From: an uncultured Verrucomicrobiae bacterium
GTDB lineage: Bacteria; Verrucomicrobiota; Verrucomicrobiia; Limisphaerales; JAFGQR01
NCBI GenBank assembly: GCA_963788655.1
Contig: CAWBHS010000088.1
Span: 128,001-192,000 of the forward strand
Reading direction: 5' to 3'
Length of the DNA stretch: 64,000 nt
Part shown: piece after piece, positions 52,402-62,652 of the stretch
How positions within the stretch are numbered: the stretch's first letter is position 1
Layout of the letters: every line of letters begins with the position of its first letter
The notes under the pieces: generated by a model
What the model was told of the DNA's origin: nothing
Seen by the model: the letters and a program-made list of their open reading frames with translations, nothing else
The model's database searches: none
Position numbers and translations under genes: made by a program

Positions 52402-54204
52402 TCACTGCGCCTTTTGACCGGTTACAATCGGCACATACCCCACTTCCAACCCCGGCGGTGGAGTTACGAGCAAAGCTGAATCCAGCGTCACCAATTCGCC
52501 GTGGCTGGGTGGTGCCATGTAATCGCGGTCAATCGGCCAGTTCGCGTGGAGCTTCTCCACGAAGGCTTGCAACTTCGCCTTCTTTTCCGCGCTCCAGTGG
52601 TATTGCTGAAAAGAAGGTTGATCCGTGAATCGGTACCAATAATAGGTCACCACCGAACCGTCGGTGAGTTTGACCGTGAACGGTCCGCGTTTTGGGCCGG
52701 GCTGGCTCCAGGCACCGGCGTTTGGTGAGGTGTAAGGTGCGCCGGATTGCGCCAGTTTGAACTCCTGCTGCCGCAACCGCGTTTCCGCGGGCACGTCCGC
52801 GGCGGCCACCGCGACGCGTTCCTCGCCGACCTGTTTGTAGTACTGCGGGAAGCAGGCCTTTCGGACTGACGTCGCTGTTGAACCACTGCAGGCCCCACAC
52901 GTTGCCATCGAATATTTTGGTGTCAAAGACGTGCTCGACGCCGGTGATTTTCTGGCCGGCTTGATCGTAGCGCGTAGTGCGCGTGGTCAATTTGGATTTC
53001 CAGGCCCCCTTCGCATCGAATCGTCCGGAGCAAGCCGCGCCGCCATTGCGCCAGGCTTTGAACGCCTCGGAGAGGGCCGCCTTCGAGTAGTAGGTGACAT
53101 CCTGCACCAGGATGGCTTTGCCCTCGTTGTCCACCGGGAATTGCAGCTTGGGGATCTTCGAGTAAACGACTCCCTTCGCATCCTGCGCGTCGAAGCGCGG
53201 GCACGGTGTTGATCTCCATGGCGCCGCCGCCCATGTTGCCGGGACGGGCATCGAGCCCGCGTCCGTAGATAGAAGGGATAATTGAACAGCTTGCCGATCT
53301 TGCTCCACGTCTCCGGAATATAATAAGCAATCGGCCCCTTGAAGTTGGCTGCGCTCAAGAAGCAGGTCCAACTCTGGTCGCCGGTGGGCGGGTCGCCCGT
53401 GGTGGGCTCGGTGAAGGGCAAGGCCATCCAAGTGTAACCCAGGAACTGGCCGTTCGGATTTCCCTGGAACGGCAGGGCATCCGGAGGAATCAGCAACCGG
53501 TTGCTCAGTTGGGCGATGCCCAGCCGATTGTCCGGCAGCGCCTCGTTGCTGTAAAAGAACGACCATCCCGGCGATCCGACCTCGTAGTCGTAACACTGCG
53601 GGGTGGCGTTCATGCTGAACTTCGGCGGACCGTAGCGGAAGTGGTTGCCCGCCCAGTAGCCCAAGCCACCTTCGACAGTTTGAAAGACGCTGTCCCAGGT
53701 GGGACCTCGTTCCTTCCACTTACGGGCCAGGGTGCCTTCGGGAGCGAGCGGCTGGTCCTTGTTGTCCGAGTTGTTCGGCGTGATCCAGCAGCCGGCCAGA
53801 CCGATTTGAAAATTGGCCAGCGGCTGGTCAATCAGCGGCCAGACCGCCGAGTAAAACCCCATTCCGGCGCTGTAATCGGACCGCGCGGGCGGGCGGGTCG
53901 CGCTGAAACCAATGTAGCCATGCAGACCGCGGGAATGCGCGGTGACCTTGCCGGCAGCGGCGTTGGTAGCGCTACTCGATTGTGCGGCGGGTGCAGCACC
54001 AGTAAACAACTGGAAAACAGTGGTGAACGCGGCGAGCCCGCAGCCCAGCATGGTACGCCTCGACTCCTTGAAACGCACGGACGCCGCGACTGAACTGCCC
54101 GGGATTTCGTAGCCAAAGATGGCGTTGTTTTGCGGATACATCGCGCTTACAGGGTTCGTTTGACGGACACTTTGAGGTCGCTTCCAAGTCGAGTCGTTGC
54201 TCAT
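52402..54204 (-). CDS. Hypothetical exported protein (frameshifts near 53270, 53200 and 52855)
   Basis: Signal-like segment then a continuous W/Y/G-rich coding pattern across ORFs 52987..54204, 52923..53330, 52529..53719 and 52402..52926. Confidence 0.7.
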
Positions 54205-54330
54205 AGAATTAAACCATTAACCAGATGGCTACCTTGCTGCGCAATGATTCCGCCACCGAGCGGGTGGCAACATGATCCGGGTGACAAGAATCTTCTACGG
54301 CCACAAGAAAGCAGGTATCCAGCCCGTGTG

Positions 54331-54543
54331 TCACTCCGCCTCCCGCATTTCTTCGTGCCAGGCTTCCCGGTCCCCTAGCGGCGTCAGCATCCGGCCTAAA
54401 TCAAGTGGCGGCAATTCAAGCGCACTTGACCCGGTTTGCTGGATCTTCACGAGGCGGGTTTGCCTTACGAACTGTTCCAGTTGGATCAATTCTTTTACCG
54501 ACAACTGCGGCACCGCCGCTTCCACTTCTGTAAGCGTGCTCAT
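54331..54543 (-). CDS. Small hypothetical protein, antitoxin-like
   Basis: 70 aa; MSTLTEVEAAVPQLSVKEL start resembles small addiction-module proteins. Confidence 0.55.
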   Translation of the reverse strand: MSTLTEVEAAVPQLSVKELIQLEQFVRQTRLVKIQQTGSSALELPPLDLGRMLTPLGDREAWHEEMREAE

Positions 54544-54591
54544 GGATTAAGGATAGCGTTTAACCCGGTCACCGACAAGATACTGTCATAG

Positions 54592-55794
54592 TCACCAGTC
54601 TTGGTTAAGGAATAAAAACGTTCCCAACTTCGATACGGTAAGAATGTCGGGTCGGCCATCGCCGTTCACATCGGCTGCGGTGACCTGCGTGCCGACGCCG
54701 GAGCGATCATCAATGAAATGCGGTACGAACGTCGCGCCGCCTTTGTCATCACGTTGGAGCTGAAACCAATACAATACCGGCGGAGCGTCCGGCTCAATAT
54801 CCTTCGGCGGCGGGTGGGCCCACATTCGTTTCCCGACGACAAGGTCCAGCAAGCCGTCCCCATCGAAGTCGGCCATGGTCAGCGCGTGCGGTTGCGAGAA
54901 GCACACGCCGTATTGCGCCTCCTCACTGCGGTCGCCCATGAACGGGTGCTCCTTGAACGTGATGCGGCCGTTCGCCCTTACCTGCTCAAACCACGCCAAG
55001 CCCCAGCCGTGCGCATCCAGCGCGGTGATGATGTCGGACAAGCCGTCGCCGTTGACGTCGTAAGCGTATATTTGCGCTCCGCCTTTGCCCTTTGAAAACA
55101 CGAACCGATGGGCTGGCCACGGGGTGCTGCCATCGGCGGGCTGTTCCCACCAGCCCTCATTGAGAATGAGGTCGAGACGCCCGTCGCCGTTGACATCACC
55201 GAGGCCCGTACCGTGATAAAACTTGTTCCATTTGCCCGTCGGCGTGATGGGCTTGAAGGTCCAAGGTTTTTCCGGCGCGGACCAGTCGGGCTGAATAAGT
55301 CCCCATTGGTCCAGCCAATGCGCCACCAACTCTGGTTTGCCGTCACCGTCCACGTCCAGGAATGGTGGTGATTCACCCTGCACACGCTCGAAGACGAAAT
55401 GCTTCTTCCAGCCTCCCGGTGAGCCCTGTGGATTCTCATACCAAAACGCCGGGTGCAGATGCACGCGTCCGAGCACGAGGATGTCCGGCCAGCCGTCGCT
55501 ATTGAAATCCCAGACATAGCTGAACATCGAATCCGTAGGCGCCGGTTTGGTGGGAAACGCCTTGGCCGGATAGAACTCGTGCTGCGTCGTGAACTTCGGC
55601 CCCTCGTACCAGAAGGGTCCGGCCACAATGTCCGGCTTGCCATCGCGGTTGAAGTCGCCGGTGTTGATGCCGTCGCAGAAGTAATTGTCGGTCAACACGC
55701 GCTTCTCGAAGGTGACCGCTTTCGCCACCCGCAGCGCGATGAAGTTCGCAGCAAGCAGCAGTGTGATCATGGCCAGATGATTTCTTCGATTCAT
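54592..55794 (-). CDS. Exported FG-GAP/VCBS repeat protein
   Basis: Repeated DFNRDGKPDI, DFNSDGWPDI, DVDGDGKPEL, DVNGDGRLDL, DVNGDGLSDI, DFDGDGLLDL, DVNGDGRPDI. Confidence 0.92.
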   Translation of the reverse strand: MNRRNHLAMITLLLAANFIALRVAKAVTFEKRVLTDNYFCDGINTGDFNRDGKPDIVAGPFWYEGPKFTTQHEFYPAKAFPTKPAPTDSMFSYVWDFNSDGWPDILVLGRVHLHPAFWYENPQGSPGGWKKHFVFERVQGESPPFLDVDGDGKPELVAHWLDQWGLIQPDWSAPEKPWTFKPITPTGKWNKFYHGTGLGDVNGDGRLDLILNEGWWEQPADGSTPWPAHRFVFSKGKGGAQIYAYDVNGDGLSDIITALDAHGWGLAWFEQVRANGRITFKEHPFMGDRSEEAQYGVCFSQPHALTMADFDGDGLLDLVVGKRMWAHPPPKDIEPDAPPVLYWFQLQRDDKGGATFVPHFIDDRSGVGTQVTAADVNGDGRPDILTVSKLGTFLFLNQDW

Positions 55795-55834
55795 AGCTTT
55801 CCTATTCGGCGAAATACCAGGTCGCGAACATCGG

Positions 55835-58348
55835 TTATTGCCCGGCCTTCGGCTGATACCACAGGGAGCGCCAATACTGTTGGTCGAGGGCATACACGTC
55901 AATCGGTTGGCGGGCCAGATCAAAGGTGTCCGGCAGAATCCCAAACCGTTTCAGCTCGCGCACGTATTGGTGATTGGGTTTGAAGCCGGGCAACGGGAAG
56001 CGCGGTTTCACGTCGAATACTGCCTTGCCATGCTGCATCGCCGCCAGCATGCGCTGGTAATCGGGATCGTTGGTGTCCTTGAAAATAATGCCGCAGCTTT
56101 CAAATCCGCCGGCGGACTTCGCCAATGGTCCGAGCAATAATGAGGACTTTTCCGGGCGAGTGAAGTTCAAGAGAACGCTGGCATCGAAGCGGGCGATGGG
56201 ATCGTTGGTGGTGACCAACCGCTCCCAATCGGCCGTGGGATGGCCCACGAGCTCGCGGTGGCTACGCCGGACTTCGTAGTTGAACGGCAGGGGCCGCACG
56301 TTGCGTCCCTCGAACTGGCCGACTTGATGACAGGACGCACACCGTCGTTGCAGGATTTCGCCGGTTTCCCGATAGACGGTCCCGAGTGCCTGCCCGGCCA
56401 GTTGTTGATCTTTTTCATTGCGTAGCGCCGCGTAAGTGCCGGCAAACGGCGCGCCGCTCTCAATCCACAGCCACAGCGTTCGCCATTCGTGGGTGGAGAC
56501 TTTGGCGTCGTAATGCCCGCCGGCCGCCAGTTGCAGCAACGGGCTGGCGGAACTGCCGATCGAGCGCGGCGGCTGGTTGCCCAATCCATTGCGGCCATCG
56601 GCCACCAACCGCCGGGCCAGCAGGGTGAAGTAACTGTGCGACCATTGCGAACCCAGGTCGCCCGTCAGAATCACTTGCCCCTCGCGCCGGTCGTAATTGT
56701 GGCAGCGCACACAATGGCGATCCAGGATCGGCTGCACGTCGCGGGGAAAATCCAGGACATCCGGGTAGCCGTGGAAAGCAGCAATCTTGCTGGGCGGGCG
56801 CCGCAATGCCGCTAACGTGAGCCGGCCTTTGTTCTCGGGCGTCAACGTACGATTCTCATGACAACCCACGCAACTGATGACTTCGCCGGGCGCCACGTTG
56901 CAAAAGCTTTGCATGCGTTTCACCGACAGATCGTTTTCGTCCAGCGCCACAAAAAACACCTGCCGATACGCCGGCACTACGAAGTTAGCCGATCCATCCG
57001 CCTCGACCGGCACGGTGCCCAGCACCCGTTCCAGAGTGAAGGTGCCCAACCACGAAACCAAGTCCGGACCACCGCTGAAATTGACCTGCTTCGGCAGCGA
57101 CTCCAACACCAGCAGTTTCTTGATGTCACCACGCTTGACGCCGGGAAGATTTCGCCCCGTGTAAACGTCGGCCAAGACCATCTGTCCCGCCGGTTGCTGG
57201 GGATCGTTTCGTGGTTCGATGACGCGTTCGCGTTCCCGAGCCACGATGGGACGCGGTTCGTGAACGCCACCTTCACCTCGGTGAACGTATAGGACCTCGG
57301 ATCGACCGTCGGCGTCCATCAACAGCACTTGATTGTTGCGCGCCATCAGAAACAGATTTTGGGAGAGCGGATACGGATCTTTGATCAACCCGCCGCGATG
57401 CAATGCCCGCGCGGCAGCGGGACTATCCGGTCCTCGATCCGATGAGACAATCGTGGCGATGCCGGCATGTTCATTGACGCCGTGGCCGGGCGAAAAACTG
57501 GCCAGGATGTCGCGTGTGCCGGGAATGGGTTTGGCGTCGATCATCACCGTGTGGGGCCGCATGTTGCCGTAAAATACCGTGGCGCCGGTACCGTCGGGAT
57601 TCATCGCCCAGAGGTGGTGAAACTCGACCTGGCTGCGATCCACATATTCCCAGCGGGTATAAAGAATGCGCCCATCCGGCAGCACCCACGGCGTGTTGTC
57701 GTGTTCGGTATTGGCGGAAATGAGTTCAATGTTCCGCCCGTCCGCATCGCAACGGTAAATGACGCCCACCTGGGTCATCCAGCAATTCACCCAACGCTTG
57801 CAACGGGTCGAGACAAACGCCATGCCCCCATCCGGCAGATAGACAGGTTCGTAATCGTCGAACGGGTCAAACGTGAGTTGCTGCAAGCCCGAGCCGTCCA
57901 CGTTGATTTCATAAAGGTGGAAAAACTCGGTTCCCGACGGACGGTAGGAGAACAGGATCTTTTGCGCGTCATAGTGGACTTGCGGATCACGAACCGAGCC
58001 GCCTTGGGCGTCGAGCAACACCATCAACTTACCAGTGCGCAAATTCAGCTTGAGCAATTGGCCGACATCCGGCTTGCCGTTGCCCGGGTAGGCCTTGTGG
58101 TGTTCGTCGTCGCAGTAGTAGCCGATGTTGGCATACCAGTGCGGATCGTCGTACCGGAGGCGTGTGCAAAAAACGATCTCCGGCGCGTCGTGTAACGGGC
58201 CGGCCAGGGCCTTCGCCCGCAAGGTGGGCTGAGTTGCAGGAGACGGCGCGTTCGGACGTGGAGCCGCAGCTTGGGCCCGCGAAGCACCCAGCGCAAAGGC
58301 CAGCAAGAGCATTGTGTGCGCGATGAAGGGGTTGAGTTTGATATTCAT
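55835..58348 (-). CDS. HzsA-related beta-propeller protein with c-type heme motifs
   Basis: Signal peptide, TolB-like repeats (DPQVHYDA, EPVYLPDG, YTRWEYVD), LGTVPVEADGSANF, SCVGCHE, HCVRCH, RCASCH. Confidence 0.85.
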   Translation of the reverse strand: MNIKLNPFIAHTMLLLAFALGASRAQAAAPRPNAPSPATQPTLRAKALAGPLHDAPEIVFCTRLRYDDPHWYANIGYYCDDEHHKAYPGNGKPDVGQLLKLNLRTGKLMVLLDAQGGSVRDPQVHYDAQKILFSYRPSGTEFFHLYEINVDGSGLQQLTFDPFDDYEPVYLPDGGMAFVSTRCKRWVNCWMTQVGVIYRCDADGRNIELISANTEHDNTPWVLPDGRILYTRWEYVDRSQVEFHHLWAMNPDGTGATVFYGNMRPHTVMIDAKPIPGTRDILASFSPGHGVNEHAGIATIVSSDRGPDSPAAARALHRGGLIKDPYPLSQNLFLMARNNQVLLMDADGRSEVLYVHRGEGGVHEPRPIVARERERVIEPRNDPQQPAGQMVLADVYTGRNLPGVKRGDIKKLLVLESLPKQVNFSGGPDLVSWLGTFTLERVLGTVPVEADGSANFVVPAYRQVFFVALDENDLSVKRMQSFCNVAPGEVISCVGCHENRTLTPENKGRLTLAALRRPPSKIAAFHGYPDVLDFPRDVQPILDRHCVRCHNYDRREGQVILTGDLGSQWSHSYFTLLARRLVADGRNGLGNQPPRSIGSSASPLLQLAAGGHYDAKVSTHEWRTLWLWIESGAPFAGTYAALRNEKDQQLAGQALGTVYRETGEILQRRCASCHQVGQFEGRNVRPLPFNYEVRRSHRELVGHPTADWERLVTTNDPIARFDASVLLNFTRPEKSSLLLGPLAKSAGGFESCGIIFKDTNDPDYQRMLAAMQHGKAVFDVKPRFPLPGFKPNHQYVRELKRFGILPDTFDLARQPIDVYALDQQYWRSLWYQPKAGQ

Positions 58349-58571
58349 GCGGCCATTTGTATTGGAGTCGCTTTTGTGATGGTCAGCATGGCAGGTTCCA
58401 AGGGCTGGTTCAACTCTGAACATGGCGATGGCACGTTCACGGTTTCGGGTGCGGATTTCCACCTGGTCGTGGGGTGCGTGCGGTCTGCCTCGTTTTGTAA
58501 GCGATACCGCCATCAGGTTTCCGACACAAAGCTTGACCTTGAATCAGGGAACAATTCATCATGCGCGGCAA

Positions 58572-58865
58572 ATGATGACAACCGCGAGGAGCATATTAGT
58601 GAAGCATGGTGGCTTGGCCTGCTGCATCCTGGCGGCAGTCACGATGCTGGGCTGCACGACTTACGAACACCGGACTCCCAAATCCTGGCGTGGGGTGGTC
58701 AACGGCATGCCCAAAGAAAACGTGTATTCGCTATTGGGACAACCCAATACCCCCCAATTGGAAAACTCACCCGACATCTGGGTCAGCCGCAGTTGGGAGC
58801 TTGACGTGTTCTATGACCAATTCGGGCGCGTCACGAATGTGACCCAACAATACTTGTTACGCTGA
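58572..58865 (+). CDS. Small lipoprotein, SmpA/BamE-like fold
   Basis: Lipobox MLGC, GMPKENVYSLLGQP, LDVFYDQFGRV. Confidence 0.65.
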   Translation: MMTTARSILVKHGGLACCILAAVTMLGCTTYEHRTPKSWRGVVNGMPKENVYSLLGQPNTPQLENSPDIWVSRSWELDVFYDQFGRVTNVTQQYLLR

Positions 58866-58930
58866 CCGGCAAAGCCGACGTAATCGGAGTATATCCAGCC
58901 GGGCAGTTGAGCTGGAACGATTCAGTTGGA

Positions 58931-59082
58931 GTGGCTGCGTTCGTGATAACGCGGCCGACTGGCGCGGAGCAACGCCTGATTCAAGCGAAGGCAATCCAGT
59001 TACATTCCGGTGACCGGTGGGACGCTGCCGTGGGTGCTGTGTTTCTCTTTAAAGTCAGCCGCGTTCTCACGAACGCAGCCAC
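58931..59082. repeat. REP-like inverted doublet, GTGGCTGCGTTCGTGAKAACGCGG family
   Basis: 30-bp arms 58931-58960 and 59053-59082, two mismatches; between convergent genes. Confidence 0.88.
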
Positions 59083-59175
59083 AGTCACTGCCTAGATACG
59101 GCTTAACGCAGAGGTAATGCCCATCGAGTGAGGCAATCCTCCCGGCTGTCACAACGTGGAAGTGGCTTGGTTGCT

Positions 59176-62100
59176 TTATGGTTTTTCGACGGCCCGGTAG
59201 AAGCGCATCGGTGCCGGTGGCAATGCGCGGTCCTCGATTTGCAGCCAACCATTGGTCAGCACCGGCGGCGTGTCCACCGGTGTCCAGTCGGAACTCGGCA
59301 GCGCCAGGTTGGTGGTGGTATAGACCGCAATTCCATCGGCGGCGACGGCGTCCAACGGCGTGTCGTCGGCGCGCCCGATGAGCAACTGGATTGCTCCGTC
59401 GGGCAGCGACCGCAGTTGGTGCAATCTCAGACTGCCTGCCAGGGGCGAAGCGGTTACGGTAACCAGTCCTTCATGATACTTCGCACCCAGCGGTTCCGCG
59501 TGGGCATTGACGATTTCCCGTGCCACCGGGACGTCGGCAAATCCCAGCGCCAGCCGCGAATCAGGAGTCGCTTGCCTGGTAACGAAAAACCTCAAGTGCG
59601 CAATTGCCTGATCGCCGGGTGGCCACGCCATTCCCGCCGGAAGAACCGCCGCCAGCGCGACTGAGCCCAGTGCCGCTGCATTGGTGTTGACCAACAACGT
59701 GCCCGGTGCCAGCGATTCGCCCGGTTGCGCTTCACGAAACTGGAGAACCGCCGGATCAAATGTGAGCGTGAACGCCAGACCGTTTTCGTCCCCGTTGGCG
59801 GTTAGAATTACCGTGACGTCATCCGTGGTGCCAGAAGCAATTGTTTGATCCAGGACGCGGACACTCCGCCCGCCGGTTGCGATGCTGCTTGCGACCGTGC
59901 CAACAAAACCAGGCGTGGGGCTGGCGGGTAGCGCGGGTGCTTCCGGTCCGCCCGCCGGCGTTACGGGATCGAGCGCGGCGGCATAACGACCGGCTTGCAC
60001 CCAGTCGGCTACGGAGAGCGCGCCGTTGCCCAAGGTTGCCCGCGGTGCGCAATCGGAGCGCTGAAACTCACTGCCGGGCGCGGGGGTGTCCATCGCCGCC
60101 ACGAACCGGCCCATTTGCACCCAATCCGCCACCGTGACAGTGCCATCATTATTGCCGTTGGGGCGTGGGGCTACATCCGCTTCGTAACCTTCAAAACGAA
60201 TGGTGACGCATCCGTCTTCATACGCGGTGAGCAATGAGTTGGCTTCCATATCGACCGTTTCAAGTGCCACCGGTTCGCTCGTCAGGAGGAGGGGCACAGC
60301 GACGTTGTTGGTGACGGAATCGACCAGGGCGAACGTGATGATCATCAGCTCATTGGTCCCGACGGCAAACACACTTCCCGCCGGCAATGCCAGCACAAGG
60401 CCCAGGTGGCCGGCGGAAGATTGCTCGTTGTTGGTCAGCAGACTGGCACCGGCGGCGTCGTTGCCCAAGGCCACTGCCGGGTCGCGCAGCAGGGTCGGAT
60501 CGTAGTTCAAACTGAACCCAAGGGCGTTTTCGTCGCCAGTGGCCTCGAGCCAAACGGAGGCGGTTAGCGGTTGCTCGCTCGAACAACTGACGCGCACTCG
60601 CCGGGGCGCTGGCACCACCACCGTCAGCAGGGCCGGTGAACTGGCGACAGCGCTGCACGCATTGCTCACCACGACGGTGTAATCGCCGACGTCGGCGGGC
60701 AGGACATTGCTGATGGTTAACCGATTGGACGTCACGCCGCTAAGCCGATCATCGTTGCTCAACGTGAGGCCGTTGAGCAACCATTGGTAACTCAAGGGCG
60801 GAGCCGCAACGGCGGCCACTTCGAGCGTAACGGTGGCACCCACGTCCACCGTTCGGCTGACCGGTTGCCGGATGATCATTGGGCAATCGGGCACGTAAGT
60901 CACCTGATCCACCCAGCCGGCATCCTGGCCACTGGCCCGGCTGCCATTCTTCGAGTAACGCCACTTCAAAAGAGTCTGGCCGGCGGGCACTGGGTAAGAT
61001 CGAAACTGCCAATCGACTTCCCCGGTGATCCGGGTTTGTTCTTCCGCCCCCACATAAAACCGTAATTGGTCGTTATCGGGTTCCGAGGAAACCTTCCACC
61101 AATAGCTCACCGTGCCCGGTCCTTCGACGTACGTCTCGAGCCGGGTGTTTTGGTTGTCGGTGATCACCCCGCTCCGGGCAGCGTCCATGCCATCGTGGGT
61201 GACGTTCGTTTGCGGTATCCATGCGGCATTTCCACCCGGTTGAAAAACCAGTTCCAGCGCGTCCACCGCTTCCGGCAACGTCAGCAGCCGCAGAATCGCG
61301 GGGGCGCTGACCGTGCTGCCGCCGGCATTGCGGACCAGCACATGGTAGCTGCCGGCTTGCTCTGGTTGCAAGTTGGCGAGCGTCAAGGTTGCGTTGGTGG
61401 CGGCGGCAATGGGTTCGGTGCCATTGAAAAACCATTGATAATACCGCGGTGCGGTGCCGGTCGCCGTGACGGTAAACCAAGCGGTGCCGCCCACTTCCAC
61501 AAGCTGATCCGCCGGGGGAACGGCAATGGCGGGAACGGTAAGTCCCGGCATTGTGACCACTTGGCTGCACGTGTTGGCATTGCCGCACGCGTCGGTGGCG
61601 CGCCAGGTTCGGCTGAAGGAAATGCCCGTCACCTGAATGTTTGTCACCGTGCTCAAAATGACGACGCTGACCGCCCCACAAAGATCGCTGGCCACAGGTG
61701 CTTGAAAGCTCCACTCGACGCCCGGTGGAACCGTTTGGTCCGGGGCGCACGAAAGCGAAGGCGCGATAGTGTCCACCACGGTCACGCTTTGACTGCACTC
61801 GGCCAGATGGCCGCACGTGTCGGTAGCCTGCCAGGTGCGCGTGGCGGTCAACGTTTCACCGCAACTGAAATTGGTGACAGTATTGACCACGGCTACGGTG
61901 ACCTTTCCTGAGGCGGCCTCGAGTCGCGCGGCAAAGTCTACGGCCGCCTCCGCGTTTGTTTTCAGAATCCATCCGAGGTCGGTTCGCTCCCAGAAATCGG
62001 GAAAGGCTTGCCCTACCACCGGCGGCGAAAATAAATCCACACCCGCCGCGTCATCCGGCGCAAGGCCAGTAAACTGGACCGTCCAAGTGAATGATTCGGG

Positions 62101-62652
62101 CAGTGCTTGGGTCAGGGGCACGGCGGCATCGGCGGTGAAGTCCTCGATGATCAGCGTGGCCCGCAGAGTAGTCGCCACACTGAAGGCGCCACTGTCGTAA
62201 AGCACCGTTGCGGGGGTTGGATAGCCATTGAAGGCCGGGCCGTCGTTCGCGTAAAAACGCACGCGCGCTTGGACGGCGCCTGCAAACTCCGCTTGATTTC
62301 GGTTGGTTCCCCAATACTCGAACACGAACCGGCTGGCCTCGCGCGCGCTGCCTTCCAACACAATCTCGTCGCCCACTTCGCTGAGGCCGGAGTTGAATCG
62401 CAACTCAAGATCGTGGATGGAATTGTCATAGACCAGTGCGTCGTACACACACTCGCCGCTCGCGGTGGGCGGTTCGAAACTCCAATCCTCACCGCACTCG
62501 ACAGTCTTGGCGGGGTGGCAGGTGAGGATCAAGTCGAGTTGACCTCTGACCGTGGGGGGCGATCCCAGTAACAAGACGACGAGCGAGATCCAAAACGCGA
62601 GTGTCCGTTTGGAAACGTGGGCGGCAACCGGATACAACAATTTAATGTTCAT
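59176..62652 (-). CDS. Large exported multidomain protein: HYR-like and Ig domains, cohesin-like, dockerin-like, cohesin-like
   Basis: TRTWQATDTCG repeats, YQWFFNG/YQWLLNG Ig domains, two GDENALGFSLNYDP/GDENGLAFTLTFDP modules flanking the duplicated VADWVQxGR segment; ends RFYRAVEKP. Confidence 0.85.
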   Translation of the reverse strand: MNIKLLYPVAAHVSKRTLAFWISLVVLLLGSPPTVRGQLDLILTCHPAKTVECGEDWSFEPPTASGECVYDALVYDNSIHDLELRFNSGLSEVGDEIVLEGSAREASRFVFEYWGTNRNQAEFAGAVQARVRFYANDGPAFNGYPTPATVLYDSGAFSVATTLRATLIIEDFTADAAVPLTQALPESFTWTVQFTGLAPDDAAGVDLFSPPVVGQAFPDFWERTDLGWILKTNAEAAVDFAARLEAASGKVTVAVVNTVTNFSCGETLTATRTWQATDTCGHLAECSQSVTVVDTIAPSLSCAPDQTVPPGVEWSFQAPVASDLCGAVSVVILSTVTNIQVTGISFSRTWRATDACGNANTCSQVVTMPGLTVPAIAVPPADQLVEVGGTAWFTVTATGTAPRYYQWFFNGTEPIAAATNATLTLANLQPEQAGSYHVLVRNAGGSTVSAPAILRLLTLPEAVDALELVFQPGGNAAWIPQTNVTHDGMDAARSGVITDNQNTRLETYVEGPGTVSYWWKVSSEPDNDQLRFYVGAEEQTRITGEVDWQFRSYPVPAGQTLLKWRYSKNGSRASGQDAGWVDQVTYVPDCPMIIRQPVSRTVDVGATVTLEVAAVAAPPLSYQWLLNGLTLSNDDRLSGVTSNRLTISNVLPADVGDYTVVVSNACSAVASSPALLTVVVPAPRRVRVSCSSEQPLTASVWLEATGDENALGFSLNYDPTLLRDPAVALGNDAAGASLLTNNEQSSAGHLGLVLALPAGSVFAVGTNELMIITFALVDSVTNNVAVPLLLTSEPVALETVDMEANSLLTAYEDGCVTIRFEGYEADVAPRPNGNNDGTVTVADWVQMGRFVAAMDTPAPGSEFQRSDCAPRATLGNGALSVADWVQAGRYAAALDPVTPAGGPEAPALPASPTPGFVGTVASSIATGGRSVRVLDQTIASGTTDDVTVILTANGDENGLAFTLTFDPAVLQFREAQPGESLAPGTLLVNTNAAALGSVALAAVLPAGMAWPPGDQAIAHLRFFVTRQATPDSRLALGFADVPVAREIVNAHAEPLGAKYHEGLVTVTASPLAGSLRLHQLRSLPDGAIQLLIGRADDTPLDAVAADGIAVYTTTNLALPSSDWTPVDTPPVLTNGWLQIEDRALPPAPMRFYRAVEKP

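Noticed and set aside
54331..54543. Complete toxin-antitoxin module
   Set aside because: No adjacent toxin-like ORF; at most an orphan antitoxin-like gene.
55835..58348. Anammox hydrazine synthase
   Set aside because: No hzsB/hzsC or other anammox genes; HzsA-like domains are common in non-anammox PVC bacteria, and the window encodes an aerobic oxidase.
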